Below, one piece after another: positions 1-13,565 of a stretch of DNA of 64,000 nucleotides. Source of the stretch: Trichoplax adhaerens (taxonomy: Eukaryota > Animalia > Placozoa); assembly GCF_000150275.1 (NCBI RefSeq), contig NW_002060953.1, forward strand, positions 1,973,429-2,037,428, given 5' to 3'. How positions within the stretch are numbered: the stretch's first letter is position 1; every line of letters starts with the position of its first letter. The notes beneath the pieces were generated by a model, which saw nothing but the letters and a program-made list of their open reading frames with translations, was not told the DNA's origin and made no database searches. Position numbers and translations under genes: made by a program.

Positions 1-1792
1 TATCTGATAACTTCTGATTTTCCTCAAATTTTGAAATTTTGAGATCGATTTTATTGCAATAGCAAAGTATGCAATGAAATTTATTAGCATCAGATGATTA
101 AGATGATCTTATTAGTGTTTTATTTATTTTTAACTGACTCCGTAGTCAACACTTATCTAATTGATTTAGCTGACCTTTATGATCAGATAATGATATATTA
201 TACCATTATCGTTCCTTTGCAGTAGCAGCAAATAGCCACAGCCCATTTATACTGAGTTGATCCATCAAGTATTCGAATTTTGTTTCATAGCCGATCACCG
301 AAAAGTAGAATTTAGTAGCTGTAAATCGTGTAAGGTTAGGTATGACTTTGTATATTCCTTAAAATGAGTGTGCTTTTAATTAATATATAATTACTTCTGG
401 CATATTAGATTAAAATTACACAACATCGTTTTGAAGGAAACATTTTGCTGAGTTGTAAATCTTTCATCTCTTTATTTTTGATGATTTCATTAGAAGATTA
501 CAGTTGATGATTAAATCAGGCTCCAGCTTAGGGACTGGGTGTTTGGATAGATTATTTCGTGAATTCTATGCGCTCTTTAAATCCGAAATTTCATTTTGAA
601 ATGAGGCTAATAGTCTTAACTACTGTTGGCGTTCATGTTTCATTTTGCTCACATGGATATAATACACTCTAATCTACTTCTCTACGCAGATAGGATTGAT
701 GTTCCATTAAATTAAATCTAAAGGCATTTGCGAGTTGAAAAAATCTTAATTTCATAGACCGTACTGCGCAATCGTCTTCTTTACCCAGCTCTATTAGAAT
801 ATATAAATCTTGCTGCGCATTCGTGAATAGCTAAAATAAATAAAATCTACTAATACTAACAGCCGTAGAGACTAGACTTAAAAGATCTACGTGATCACCT
901 ATTACTTAGAGATCCAAAACTTTGGGTTAGTGAACATAAGATATTCTATCGTACATTTAGTTAGCTAATCTCACCTTCCACAGATAAACACTTGCAAAAC
1001 TCCTTTTATTTGTAGTTGATTTGCCTCGTAAGCTTGAGATCAATTCGAATGATGGATGAAAATCCAAAGGACTCCGGAAATGATGGGTCAGTGCGTAAAA
1101 GGGTAAGCATCTACAATTTGAATAGACGTGTATCATTCTTCTGGAAAAACTAAGAAAGATGGCCATTCCATGCAGTTATATCTTTAGAGTTGCTAGCAGA
1201 CAACTATGTACTCTAATATACAAATGTATAATATCATAAAATCAGTCATACCCCAGTAAATTACCTTTGTGAAAATTAATGTTCTTTCGCTGATAATAAG
1301 GAGTCACTGTAGCTTTAGGATTTAAATGAGATGAGTAATTATTATTAACAGAATAGAATTATCGATAAATCTATAATATCAAGTTTATAAAATCGTTTCT
1401 TTTCCATTAGTGGATAAAGTTTCAATCCGTATAAGTATTACCCTAGGAAATTATATGTAAGCATTGTTTGAATACTCGAAAAAAAGTTAAGTAAGATTTA
1501 ATTTAATTTGATTGGTAATTCGTAATACATCATGAATTTCATTTCTCGTTCATCCTTGAATCTGAAGATTCGGCGGTAACTGCTTGTTAAAGATTAAGCT
1601 TATTCCATAGCTGTTGTTTAAAGTATTATAAAGTAATATACGCGTCAATATAGATATACGATTGATGATACTGAAAGGTATTATATAGGTTCTATCTATT
1701 AATTAGCATGCAACAGATAAATTATATTACTAGAAGTCGAGCACGGCTAGCGAATTTTCATTAGAGATAAATGGACTTTTTCTCTCCAATAG

Positions 1793-4354
1793 GTAGGTCC
1801 AAAGGTCAACTCCAGCCAGGAAAAGAGAGTCATGAAATGGATTGGCAGGTGCATTCGAGAATCAATAGGTGAAGATGCCTATGGAGCGTTACGTGACGGC
1901 GTCGCTTTAATCAAGTTAGTCCTTCTTCCAAGTAATTAGACTTTCTACTAGTAACAAGGCCATTAATGAGTCTTAAATAGCTAACTAAATTTATTTAATC
2001 GCCGTGTAAGTCTTACACAATAGTTTTCAATATGCTGTATCACATTATTGCATTTCTTTAAATAATGAAATCCGTCGTTTAACTTTTATTAATCCGATTT
2101 ATGAGCTCCTGATAATTTCAGCTACTTTCTAAGCAATTTTGTTCAGTCATTGATTGTTACTTTAGTAAGTAAAGGTTTTAAACTAGAATTAAATTACTAT
2201 AGATAGTAAGAGAAGGCTAAATGACTGCCACTCCGATGCTATATGAATATCAGTGGTTCATCGATTTACATTCAGTTTATAATAAAGTACTTTATCTAGC
2301 TCTACTCTGAGTTGGCTACTCAATAATCTGTCTCCCAGTGTGGCGGTTAAGTATAGTTTACAATTATTGTTCAATATTATAGTTGTAAAACTTGGGCCAC
2401 GTAAACTATATACAGTTATTTCTAAGGCTACTGACTGAACTCCGTCCTAAATCAATACCATTATTCAACTCAGGTCTAGCGTTACAGTCTTACTTAGGAT
2501 TACCGGAGGTCTAACTTTAGAGCCTATTTTTCATATACGAACCATCACTGTCTCTAACAGTCATTAGTACTTTATCATCGAAATTAATTCTTCTTAATTT
2601 GCTTCAACAAGCATGTAACAGTATGTCTATTACATATTTTAGAGACATGAAAGGAATTATAGATTGCTTATCTGTCACGACTACATTAGAATTAAAACTC
2701 TTTAGGGATTTAAATATTATTATTTGCTACTTATCACATTTAAGATCGTAATTCAAGACATTAAAGCCTTGAAACCAAAGACACAAAGCATAAATTCTAT
2801 CTTTTATAAATATACTGATATCTGTAAGCTGCTTAATCAAAAAGAATCATGTTATTATAAATTAAGTAGTAAGGTACAGCTTTATTTTAAATTTTAGCTA
2901 CTGGTATTATTGGTTACTGCTGACGGAAATTTTTCTCATCATTAATTGCTTTTAAGAAATCCATCATTTCTGTTTGCATCGCGGTTACTATTATTTATCA
3001 TTACTAATAATCTTAAACCAGCCATCGCAATATCTTAACTACAAATCCTTATCTATATCTATTGCTAGCGATTGATGGAAAATTCTCTCGATACATGATA
3101 CCCTTAAATGAACTACTTTCTATTATGTTTTAAAATGTTTTACGCTAAATATATCTTGCGAGAGGACCAAAATTCAATTTTAAACAGCAGGATAAATAAC
3201 GAATCAGCCTTAATTATTTATTGTTTCTGCTAATCTTAAAAACGACACGATATGTATGAGTAAAATTGTTAACAGTCAGTAAATGTAGCATTTCGTCAAA
3301 ATCGATTAAGGCTGATTGCAGTAATTCCCACCATGCATACTTTTTCTTAATGAGATAAACCACTTTTTGTTCTATTCTTACCCGAACGAGGATTTATTAT
3401 AATATTTCTTCTTTTAATATTTATACATTGCTTCACATTGTCTGATACAGATATGCATTTAGTAATAATGAAAATACTTTCAACTTCAAAGCTCAGTGTT
3501 ATTGCTATTATGATTTTGATTAATCTAGGTTATATAATGCTTTATGTCCCGATATGCATTTAGAATATGTAAAACCAACTACACTTGAAGATCAGGTGAG
3601 AAAAGTAAAAGGCAATTTGAATGAATGCACGTATTGATGTGGTCGAAACTATGAATAACTAGCCATTAAGACTGTCCCATCATTTTATTATCAAAATGTC
3701 AACAATCAGAGCATTAGGTTATTCTATCTAAATCGAAGTCTTGTTAAAATAATTGCAAACATTACTTCCTCGATTGCCTATTACTGTAGATTGAATATTT
3801 GCAGCGGGATTTCATAACTGTACCAACTTATATTCGTAGATTTAGTGTTGCAATTATATCAGTTGCCCGTTAATTATTTCCTAAATCATACTTGTAGAAG
3901 CAAAATATCGAATTATTTCTGGATTATGCTCAAGATTTTGAAGTAAGCGCTGAAGATTTATTTGAAGTAGAACATTTACTGGAAGGCACCAATATTCCGC
4001 AGGTCAGTATTGGTGATACTTTAAAGTTAAAGTGACTATTAACTAAAATTTATCGATCAGCCGAGCTAATGATTATAACATGTCATGATCGATTTTTGCC
4101 TTGTCTTATTTCATAGGTCCTTTATGGCATTGAAGCATTTGCCCGACATGTACAGTATAATCGCTTATTAGCACTTTTTTATCTTTATTGCAATATATAG
4201 TGATCACGACAAAACCCTCAAAAGCTTGAACATTTATAGATTAAAGTGATTATTTATTAGTATCATACTATGAAGTAATGCAGCTAATTTTAATACTTCG
4301 TCATGCATTTTACAGATAGAAATTTGTGGTTTCGTCGTACCTCCTTTCCAATAG
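1793..4354 (+). CDS. Calponin-homology (CH) domain protein, divergent myophilin/transgelin-like (paralog 1); start codon not resolved
   Basis: GT-AG exons 1793-1914, 3529-3595, 3898-4002, 4117-4149, 4316-4354 join in frame: VGPKVNSSQEKRVMKWIGRCIRESIGEDAYGALRDGVALIK/LYNALCPDMHLEYVKPTTLEDQ/KQNIELFLDYAQDFEVSAEDLFEVEHLLEGTNIPQ/VLYGIEAFARH/IEICGFVVPPFQ*. LRDG..L, NI..FL and DLF...L..G.N..QV are CH-domain hallmarks. Candidate first exon near 1665-1677 is uncertain. Confidence 0.85.
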
Positions 4355-7300
4355 TTAAAGTGGAATCTTGGATAGTAACTCATCATCATGTTATTTGCCA
4401 GTTGATTACATTATCTTGGCATTGCTGTAGTTTAGTAACGCTTCATTAATATTTTACGGTTAATTCCATTTTCAATCATACAATGGTATCGTAATTTTTG
4501 GATGCTATCATTTTGCATTATAGTATCATTTATATCTAAATTAAGGATTAATTATGCCTGTACTCTCAATATCTGTAGCATTTATTGTGATAGAATAGTC
4601 TTAAGGAAGGATGTTCTTGTATGTTTTAGCGTAAATGTGTAGCCCAAATTAAATTTTGTTGACCAAACATTATCAGGTACTATTTTCTTTGTTTCATTTG
4701 CCATATTTCAAATAAATATTTGCCATTCGATAAGTCAACTACCCACAATAATTGGAATGTGTGCAGACCTTTAAATTAGCCCCAAACTTCAAACTAATCA
4801 AAACTTGCTTAATATTCCTTAAATCATTTTTAATAAATTTTTCACACCTGCGTTTGTAGTCACAATGGGCAAGCATTGCATTTAGGTAATATAACGCTAT
4901 TCGATCGATTGCAATGCTACGCATGTATTTGCATTTTCCACATTATCTGTTTGGAATGCATGGCCCGTATTACATATATAACACTTAATATAGGCATTAT
5001 GCAAATTTTTAAGGCGAGTAAAATAAAATACGATACTAGTGTACTAATATAACAAGGCACCAAGCAACCTGATTAGAGATAACACCACAAGCCTTTCGAT
5101 CAATTTTGGAGTTGTCAATCATGAATAATTATATAATAATATAGTATATTGATTGTTAACGAAATTCGCGTTGGTAATATTAGCTGCAAGTCTTCTTTAA
5201 ATTATATGATGATTGAACGCATTAGGATACAATTACATAAATGTCTTGAAATAACCTAACTAGAGTTTAATATCATTTCTTTTTAAGTTTATAAGCATCA
5301 CTACAATAATAAATACAAACTATAATTTAATAGTATTCTAGAATAACTGTTTCAATTGGCTTAGCTATAAATGAATATGATTACAATAGTACATTTTACT
5401 ACCTGCTCGAACGCAACTTCCATTAATTCTTTGGAATCAGAATCTGTTGTGACCATCAGTTGTACATAATAGTTCTATGCGTATCTTTCTCATGGAAATA
5501 GCGTATTTTGTTATTGATAACCTAAGAATACTTTTTGTTCTACAAAAGGCTACGCATACAACGTATTGCACTGAGATGGATCTTCCAAAATTATGATCCT
5601 TGAATATTTTTTGATAGGTGAAAAGCCTATAAATTGATTTTAATGCATTAACAACATTATCTGACTTTTAATTTTTAACGTGATGTATTGGTTGAGCAAA
5701 AGTGATACGGCTTTCGCGTTTCATCAACAAGAGATCAACAGTGATTTACTATATAGGATTCGCGTGCAGTGATGTAGTAATTATCGTACTTACATAATTT
5801 CTGTAGCAAGAGATTTATAAATTAGTATTTTGGTAGTCATTGGTAAAGTCAACTCAGTTCTTTGTCTGTATAGTTTGCTGCAAGTCTATATTTGTTCGAT
5901 GCACTAGGTTTATAAACGATTTTTTAGTGTGGCTCCAAGATAGTGATTCAATCGATATGATCTTTGTGCCGTATGATTCAATTTAATATTAGCAATACTG
6001 TGTTATAAGTTAAGTGAATTAGTTACTAACTTAAAAAATAATACTAATATCTTATAATAGAAAATTTATTGCTTATTGCAGCTTACATTTGGCGTAAGAA
6101 TACGGCAGTTGCTATAGAGGAGCATTTTAATTATTGTAATAATCCTATATTCGGCTATCAGACTCGACCTCAACTCGAAAATCCCAGTCTCATACCAGGT
6201 ACAGTACAAATGTGACATTTCATTCCATTAGCCTCATACTGTATAACTGCAATTAACTACGATCACAATTGATCAACATATGAGATCGAATCCCCAGTCA
6301 TGATAGGGATTATAGCTATCAAGATAAAAGACATGCAGAGAGTAAAACTGTAGAATGGAATTTAATGCGACACGTACCATGTTGTTTTCTCGTATCAAGA
6401 TGTCGTTGACCATATGTAAATTAGTGTTTTCCTTTTATGGCATGATGGAGAAAATCTATCACTGTACTTAGTCTCAAAAGACCTCTGAGGTAGTTCTATT
6501 TCGGAATTTTCTTTCGGAAGTTGACAGTATAGAAAAGCGTGCAAGTAGATAAGATACATTGAAAAATGCCCTCTATGCGTCCGAGTTAAGCCAGGGGCTA
6601 ACTAGAAGGAGGTTGCTGCACTTGATCTTCATATAGTGATTCCTAGTTAAGCTTCATGCCAGTAACTTCTTTTATTGAATTAGAGAAAATTAAATGTCTT
6701 TCAGTGCCTCTGAGTGTCTTCTCTCTATCATGGAGTACTAAATGTATCCGCAGGCATATTTAGTAATCCATGATACTGTTTGTAACGTCAATGCATGCAA
6801 ATCCATCGTTGGATAATGAATTAGAAAGAAAATAATAGAAAAAATTCTATAATTACAATCAGTTTATGTAGCTAACAGATGTAGAGATGTATTCATTACT
6901 TCATATGCCAATACTTGTCGATATGATCACGTTTTAATTAATGCATGACTGTCATTACTGCATAACACTTTCGTAAGCACTAGTCATAAATAACTCCTTT
7001 ACTGTATTCATTTCTTTATTCTTTATTTTTTAACTATTGATTATTTATTTAGTATACTTAGTATTTTAATTTAATATATATATGCGCTTCTGTTAACAGT
7101 TCCTTGTTTTTTTGTAAATCATCCAACATAATGCCTACGCTTGACGTAATAATTTCATTGTACCCTTCGGATATTGTGTGAACTTTCAATCTTATATTAG
7201 ATAAAAAATTAGTTTATCGACAACTTGATGACTATTTTCTTTTCACGTTCTCCATTTATTTACTGATTAATTTTTTTATTACAATACTGTCTTATCATAG

Positions 7301-7915
7301 TTTCGATGAAGTCATTTAATATACATCGATTTGATGTTCGCGTACTATTACTTTTATTTTAAATATTTTTTTTTTCACCTGGGCTCTAGCCCTAGGTAGT
7401 TGCCAACTTTAGCTGAAGCACCATCTTGTAAACTACTAGTATGGAAATTTAGTAAATGGTTCTTTCTTCTATTTTCTATACCTTCCCTGGGGACTGTAGG
7501 CACTTATGGAAATGATTTTATGCTTGTTACTTGCCTATTAAAATGCAGTGTTTAAGAAATAATTCCTTGCGGAATATCTAATGATACAGTAATCACTTAG
7601 CCAATATTATCATATCCATGAAAGCAATAGATAGTTATGATATTATGGAGGTACAAAAGGCATCCCAAACAATTCAACTTTGCGTCTACGGGATCTTTAC
7701 TATTTCTTTCCTAAATTAAGGTATCAATGCACTGTTGTTACTTGCCTATTGAATTATATTATATGTTTGAGAAGAGAAAGGCTTCATTTAAGTGATTTGG
7801 TTTCCTATTGAATAGAATCATCGATAACTTCTTTGCTTTTTCTACTTGTTGATCATTCTTGCGAAAGATTATTTCTTTTTAACTCGAATATCAAAGATCA
7901 AAGATTGACTTGAAA

Positions 7916-10900
7916 ATGGCTTCACGTCCAAAGGGTTTTGGTCTTACTGCGGAATTAGAAGCAAAAGTAAGGACATTTTTAGGTTAATTAACACAAAACT
8001 GAAAGGATACTTAGCTAGTTGAAAGGGTTACTGGAAGATAAATACGGATGATTAAACTAAGAGCAGAAATGTTGCATTTTGCGCTTAGTAATTAAAATAT
8101 TTTTGGATAAAAAGCTTTCTAAAGACATCTTAAAGGTTACTTTGCGATCACACTTCGGATATATTACCTTATTCTAAAAATTTTGATTGAAATCGTTCTA
8201 AGTATGTCTATCGTGGCTGCATTAGCCTACAGTATATGAAAATTGTAAATTTTCGCATGTTATTAAAGCTCGAAATTAGCATCATTGGGCAATATAAATT
8301 AATTCATAAAGACTGAAAATTCTGCAGTTTTAAAATAAATATGGAATTCAATCATTTATTAGAAAGATACAAAGTTCGATCCAAATTTGAAAAGGAGNNN
8401 NNNNNNNNNNNNNNNNNNNNNNNNNNNNNNNNNNNNNNNNNNNNNNNNNNNNNNNNNNNNNNNNNNNNNNNNNNNNNNNNNNNNNNNNNNNNNNNNNNNN
8501 NNNNNNNNNNNNNNNNNNNNNNNNNNNNNNNNNNNNNNNNNNNNNNNNNNNNNNNNNNNNNNNNNNNNNNNNNNNNNNNNNNNNNNNNNNNNNNNNNNNN
8601 NNNNNNNNNNNNNNNNNNNNNNNNNNNNNNNNNNNAAGATACACACACTGCGTGAAAGACGGGGTCCGATTATGCAAGTCAGTTCGTTATGACTGTATTT
8701 TAACATTGCATTAAGTTAGCAATAGTTTAAAAGTTTATCGAATATCTAGTTTTGTTACGATATTACTGGGCTAGTTAACCAACAAGCTATCGTAGGTAAT
8801 AATGATGCCTGATTACGTTGATGTTGAAAAAGACATCTTTTATACATAAGTTCAAGTTGGTTAGTAGCGAAGCAATCTAAGATCTTGCGGTAAAGCAGTA
8901 AGGTAGAAGATCAGTTCAATTCTATACTATTGAAGATTCAATATTTTTTATTTCTAATGCATAAATGTCCTCAAATGTCATCGAGTTTCATCACAATTGC
9001 TGTGCTAAACTGAAATCAGTTAATCGACTAAATTTCTGAAATATTAACGAAATGAAAGTTTAATTCTATTATAAATCAACTCCTATGATAATGGTAATTT
9101 CTAGTTAAATTTTTATTCACCAAATACATTTATAAACTTAAAATAATTTGACTTAGAAACGTTCATCTGGGTAAGCCGTAAAAAATGTCCAAATGTTAAG
9201 AGGAGCAAACGCCTATTTAATCGTAAATCGAACCGTTATGACAATCGCAGTTTCTATTCAAGATTTATTCACTGAATGCGGTAAAAAGCTTCCGATAATT
9301 TGATTTAGAAAAGTTTATTAGGATAACTCGCTAAAGAATTCTAAAATATAAGCTGAAGCGACAGTTAATTCAAATCAAACGACTACGATAATCGTAGTTA
9401 CTATTTACAGTTTTAATCGCTAAAAATAGTTCAGAGTTTTCGATAATTTATATAGAACAGTTTATCTGACACAGATTTTGACAATTCTGATTCGGATAGA
9501 TGCTTCATTGATTATTGCTTCATGAAGCTGTTATTTCTATAGGCTAAAATAACACCCGAACTAAGAATGCTTAACCAATTAATTGGCTAGAATCCGTTAT
9601 CTAGTTATTCATACAATCTAATAAACACTTTCTAGCCATTATACACTATAACATTTATTTCCATAATAGAAGGGGTTCAATTATAATTTAAATGCAAGAA
9701 TGATAAGAAAGGTTGTAATCAAATGATAAATAAGAACTATGAACAGGCACGCCATTGAAATCTTTACAGCGACGCTTTATAAATACAAAGATAGGATTGT
9801 TTCATTATATAAAAAATTCGCATTATTGCTAATTCTGCGTACATTTCCAAAGGCCTAGTTTAGAATTATTTAGATAAAATTGTGTAAAATAATTAATAAA
9901 ATTTAATTAATATTAAGATTTGAGTCAGTTTTTTACTTAATAAAATAGCTAGTTGTTTAATAATGCTTTTGCTGAAACTAGAGAATAAACCCGATATGGA
10001 ACAGTTCTAAACGTATAGCTAGGTTTTACTAGTGGTTTAGTAGGTCAACAGTTGGGTGTAGCTTGCTAAAATTCGATAAATTAAGTAAATTATCATAGAG
10101 TGATAGACAAATTGATGTTCTATTTGTGTAGAGAATGAATAGCTTATAATTTTGTCTACAAATAGACTATTTATATTTATTTCTTAAAACTACTTTATTG
10201 TGTCACAGCTCAAATTCATGTTAAATTTACATCGAAAGATTACCAGTATATGATAACTTCATAAAATCTAAGACTTTATCTAGATTGCTATAAATTTGCG
10301 CGATATTGAAATTTTCCTACAAAAAAATATTAAAATAATAGCAGCTAATATTGGATATCTACTGATTCACACAGATTGGCCAGTAAGGTGCAAGCTAACA
10401 AGTATATAAAATACAATGTATCAAAAATGGCTTTCAAAATGGTAAGAAAGTAATTTTAAAGAAGTGTAGTCTTTTATAGTTATATCAGAATCACTTTTTA
10501 TTATCTTAGCCAATTGCTACTGTTTATTGCTCTAGATTAGTTCTAGGAAAACAAAAATTTGCTACACAGAAATTACAATATTCAATCGCTAGCTTTTGAT
10601 TAAGCATTCAAATTGTATCCTGTATATCACTATTCTTGATAAAGTTAGTTTTTTATTATATTAAGTTTAAATCGAATTATCTTGTAATAAACTTAAGAAT
10701 TTCGTAGTTTAGTGTAAGGTAAATTAGCATATACAATTTATGGTAAACAAAACGTTACATTTTTATTGGTTTTTCGGTTACAAGCAAAATTATAGATTTA
10801 CTAGATATTCGGTTGAAAAGCCTATTTAAATTTAATCTTATAATATCAAACACGAGAAAGCCAAGTATATATTCCACAAGAATCGGATTTGCAAATAGAA

Positions 10901-11686
10901 TTCTGTTATAAAGTCGTAGTACTAACTTCATTTAAAGTTTTATTAACTAAAATTTAAATAAGTCATGTTGTAGGGTTCCTGGAAAAGATATGCATACGTT
11001 TATGTAGCTTTTCTTATCATAACTTGTGCAGAAAAGGCTTACTGTTGAGCTTTTGATCAAGATTATGTCTAATTCATTACTGCTTGTAATCCTGAGCATA
11101 AAAGTTCTGCCATACATCATTTGAGTCAGATAACTGGTCGCAAAATATATATCATATTTGCTTAATCTGTACATTCGTAAATGCACCCAAATTCCTTCTT
11201 AACATAAACGTTATGTTTTATTTTTAAGCAAGATGGAAAATATTGGTCTATTTTTGGAAAGTACTTATGAACTAGGGGTTCCTAAGATAGATATGTTTCA
11301 AACAGTGGATTTATACGATGGCACGAACATTCCACAGGTTTTTAATAAATAAATTGATATTCCTATAAAATGATAATTACTATCTGTAGGATATGTCAGC
11401 GAAATTAGTATTCAAATCCATAGTCTAAAGCGCAGTTTCTGATATATCTCGTCCATTAGGTACTGAATGGAATAATAGCTTATGAAAGAAAGGTAAAAAT
11501 ATTCTGCGTTCATATGTTTCTTTATAAAGATTTGCCGAGAAATGACAATTTATGACTTTTGATGATTCAGAACCTGGATATTCGAAGTAGTAGATTATAA
11601 CTCAACTTAATAAAGCTACTTGACTAACTTCATAGGCTAGGGCTACCGGATACAACGGACCTACTCTTGGCCCGAGTTCTACTTAA
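7916..11686 (+). CDS. Myophilin/transgelin/MP20-like CH-domain protein (paralog 2)
   Basis: Exons 7916-7966 (MASRPKGFGLTAELEAK), 8363-8677 (interrupted by the N gap; KDTKFDPNL...KDGVRLCK), ~10375-10441 (LASKVQANKYIKYNVSKMAFKM), ~11233-11337 (MENIGLFLESTYELGVPKIDMFQTVDLYDGTNIPQ), 11460-11492 (VLNGIIAYERK), 11636-11686 (ARATGYNGPTLGPSST*). Family motifs FKMMENI and DMFQTVDLY. Same intron positions as paralog 1. Confidence 0.9.
8398..8635. other. Assembly gap (238 N)
   Basis: Run of N inside exon 2 of the myophilin-like gene. Confidence 0.99.
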
Positions 11687-11796
11687 AAATCCGACAAATC
11701 TCGGATGATATGGATTAACAGTTTCATAGTTAAACTTAAATGACTATTCAACACAAGGCCACAACATAATTATTAAGTCCGCACCCTTACTTCATC

Positions 11797-11802
11797 AATA
11801 AA
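11797..11802 (+). terminator. Candidate polyadenylation signal of the myophilin-like gene
   Basis: AATAAA about 110 nt after the stop codon, followed by a GT/T-rich tract (TGTTGTTT...). Confidence 0.45.
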
Positions 11803-13565
11803 ATGTTGTTTAATTCTGTTTGACTAGTAATATTATCGTTTCTCTCTTTATAGTGTATACTTCTAAATAGTTGAATTGTATCGTAGAACTATCTTAACAT
11901 AGAAGTAAGATGTTCTTATTGCTCATAACAACTTTTAAATGATTTCCTATCACCGAATATCATTTTCGTTCTTACACTACCTATAATAAAGACTATGTTT
12001 TCAATATGTTATTCTCTTGTCATTTCAGGTGATTATGATGGACAGCTGGACTTCCTATCTTCCTAAAAATCTCACTCTCCATCAGTTATACCTTCTTCAT
12101 AGAAGATAAACGTTATTTTAACTAACTATTGAATCATTCTTTTGCTATGCTATGTTCATATCGTGGTATTTATTTCTTACTTAATGAGTTGCGCTGGCTT
12201 TAGTGATCAGAACTTCGATAAGGTTCGATTTAAAGATACTCGTTATCTAAGAATTTTTATACGACAGCTAAGGATAGGGTATTAATACAGTTTCAAATTA
12301 ATTTCTGTCTCAATAGAATATGAAACACCCTTTCTTTAGATTAGGCGGTTGCTTATAAACCATTCCTATAGTAATCTATGTAAAACTTTGCAAGGTAGTG
12401 AAAAAGAAAAGATGGCGAAGTCTCGCCTTGGCTAAGTAAAACTAAAGGGTACTATTACATTCTAGATGTTTTCTATAGTAAAGTGATAATAATTTCATAC
12501 TAACAGTTATAAAGGACTCTATTTTAGTCCTGTGCTACCATTACGTATGACATATCATCAAACAACTCTCTACTTTATTTTTATCGTTAGTATGTCAGGG
12601 TAATCGACTACGTGATTACCGCTTTGAAAAGTAAAAATCGACAATACTATGCCATAATAATAAAACTTATAATATCAGTTAGTAAAATATCAATCATTTA
12701 TTATGCAGATTCAAAATTAATAATAAGTATGACTTTAAGGTAATTATTCAAGTCCATTTCACGAAAAGACGACATAATAGCGGCTTTACATGAAAAAATA
12801 AGTCTGTCAGCTTCACTAATTAATATGGTAGTAAAAGATGAAATGATCAGCTAGAACTAATACAGCTCATTTGTAATCCAGCAGGAAAAGGATAAAAAAA
12901 TGCTACTTTTAACATAGTAACAATCATCAATAAAGGAGTTATTACGAACATGGCAAAAAAGTATAAAAGTTTTAAAGAGAAATATTGACTCTATCTTATG
13001 ATCTTTAATCCATTTTATTTCAATTAAACAGATAAGAATACCGTAGTTGCATGACAATATCAAAATACTGTTCAAATTAATTTTACATGGCTATACTACA
13101 AAGATATACTTTACCATTCACTAATAATTATGCATCTTTAGAAGAACATTACTGCTTAAGTTAATAATCAAATAAGTATAGATGGCTAAGTTGCGTAAGA
13201 CTGGCTTTAAAATGTCGGTGGTCTAAAACTCGTCTATCCTTAAAATTAAAAAGTAATGATAAGAAATCTATTAGAGCTAACAGAGAACTCCAATTTTGTA
13301 AAAAGGCACGGTAACTTTTTAAATAAGACTTTATGTAATAACATCAGCTAGCAATAATAGTAAGTCATTTAATGTACTTAAAAAAGTAATACTGTGCGCT
13401 ATTTCATTATCAGAATAGATAATTTAGTCGGGAAAAAAGTCTGTAATGCTAGTAATAGATTGGAATGAAATTGTCTGTGTCTAGATGACGCAAACAGTCT
13501 TAATTTATCAAAGGATTTCGTCAAACTTAAAATTGATAGGAATTAATTCCAGGCTTTCATTTTTT

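Noticed and set aside
170-1320. Minus-strand ORF 957-1166 (MAIFLSFSRR...YLWK followed by a good donor) and exon-like segments near 760-830 and 1264-1312
   Set aside because: Could not extend a consistent open spliced frame or recognise a family. It may be a pseudogene, UTR exons or non-coding.
6480-6800. Slightly GC-richer patch between the CH genes
   Set aside because: Frames contain stops, with no recognisable motif, termini or second copy.
8341-8706. Six-frame ORFs spanning the N run
   Set aside because: Artefacts of translating N.
12029-12110. Possible alternative last exon of the myophilin-like gene (good acceptor TTTCAG|GTG)
   Set aside because: The encoded peptide has no calponin-repeat similarity and lies past a candidate poly(A) signal; no supporting evidence.
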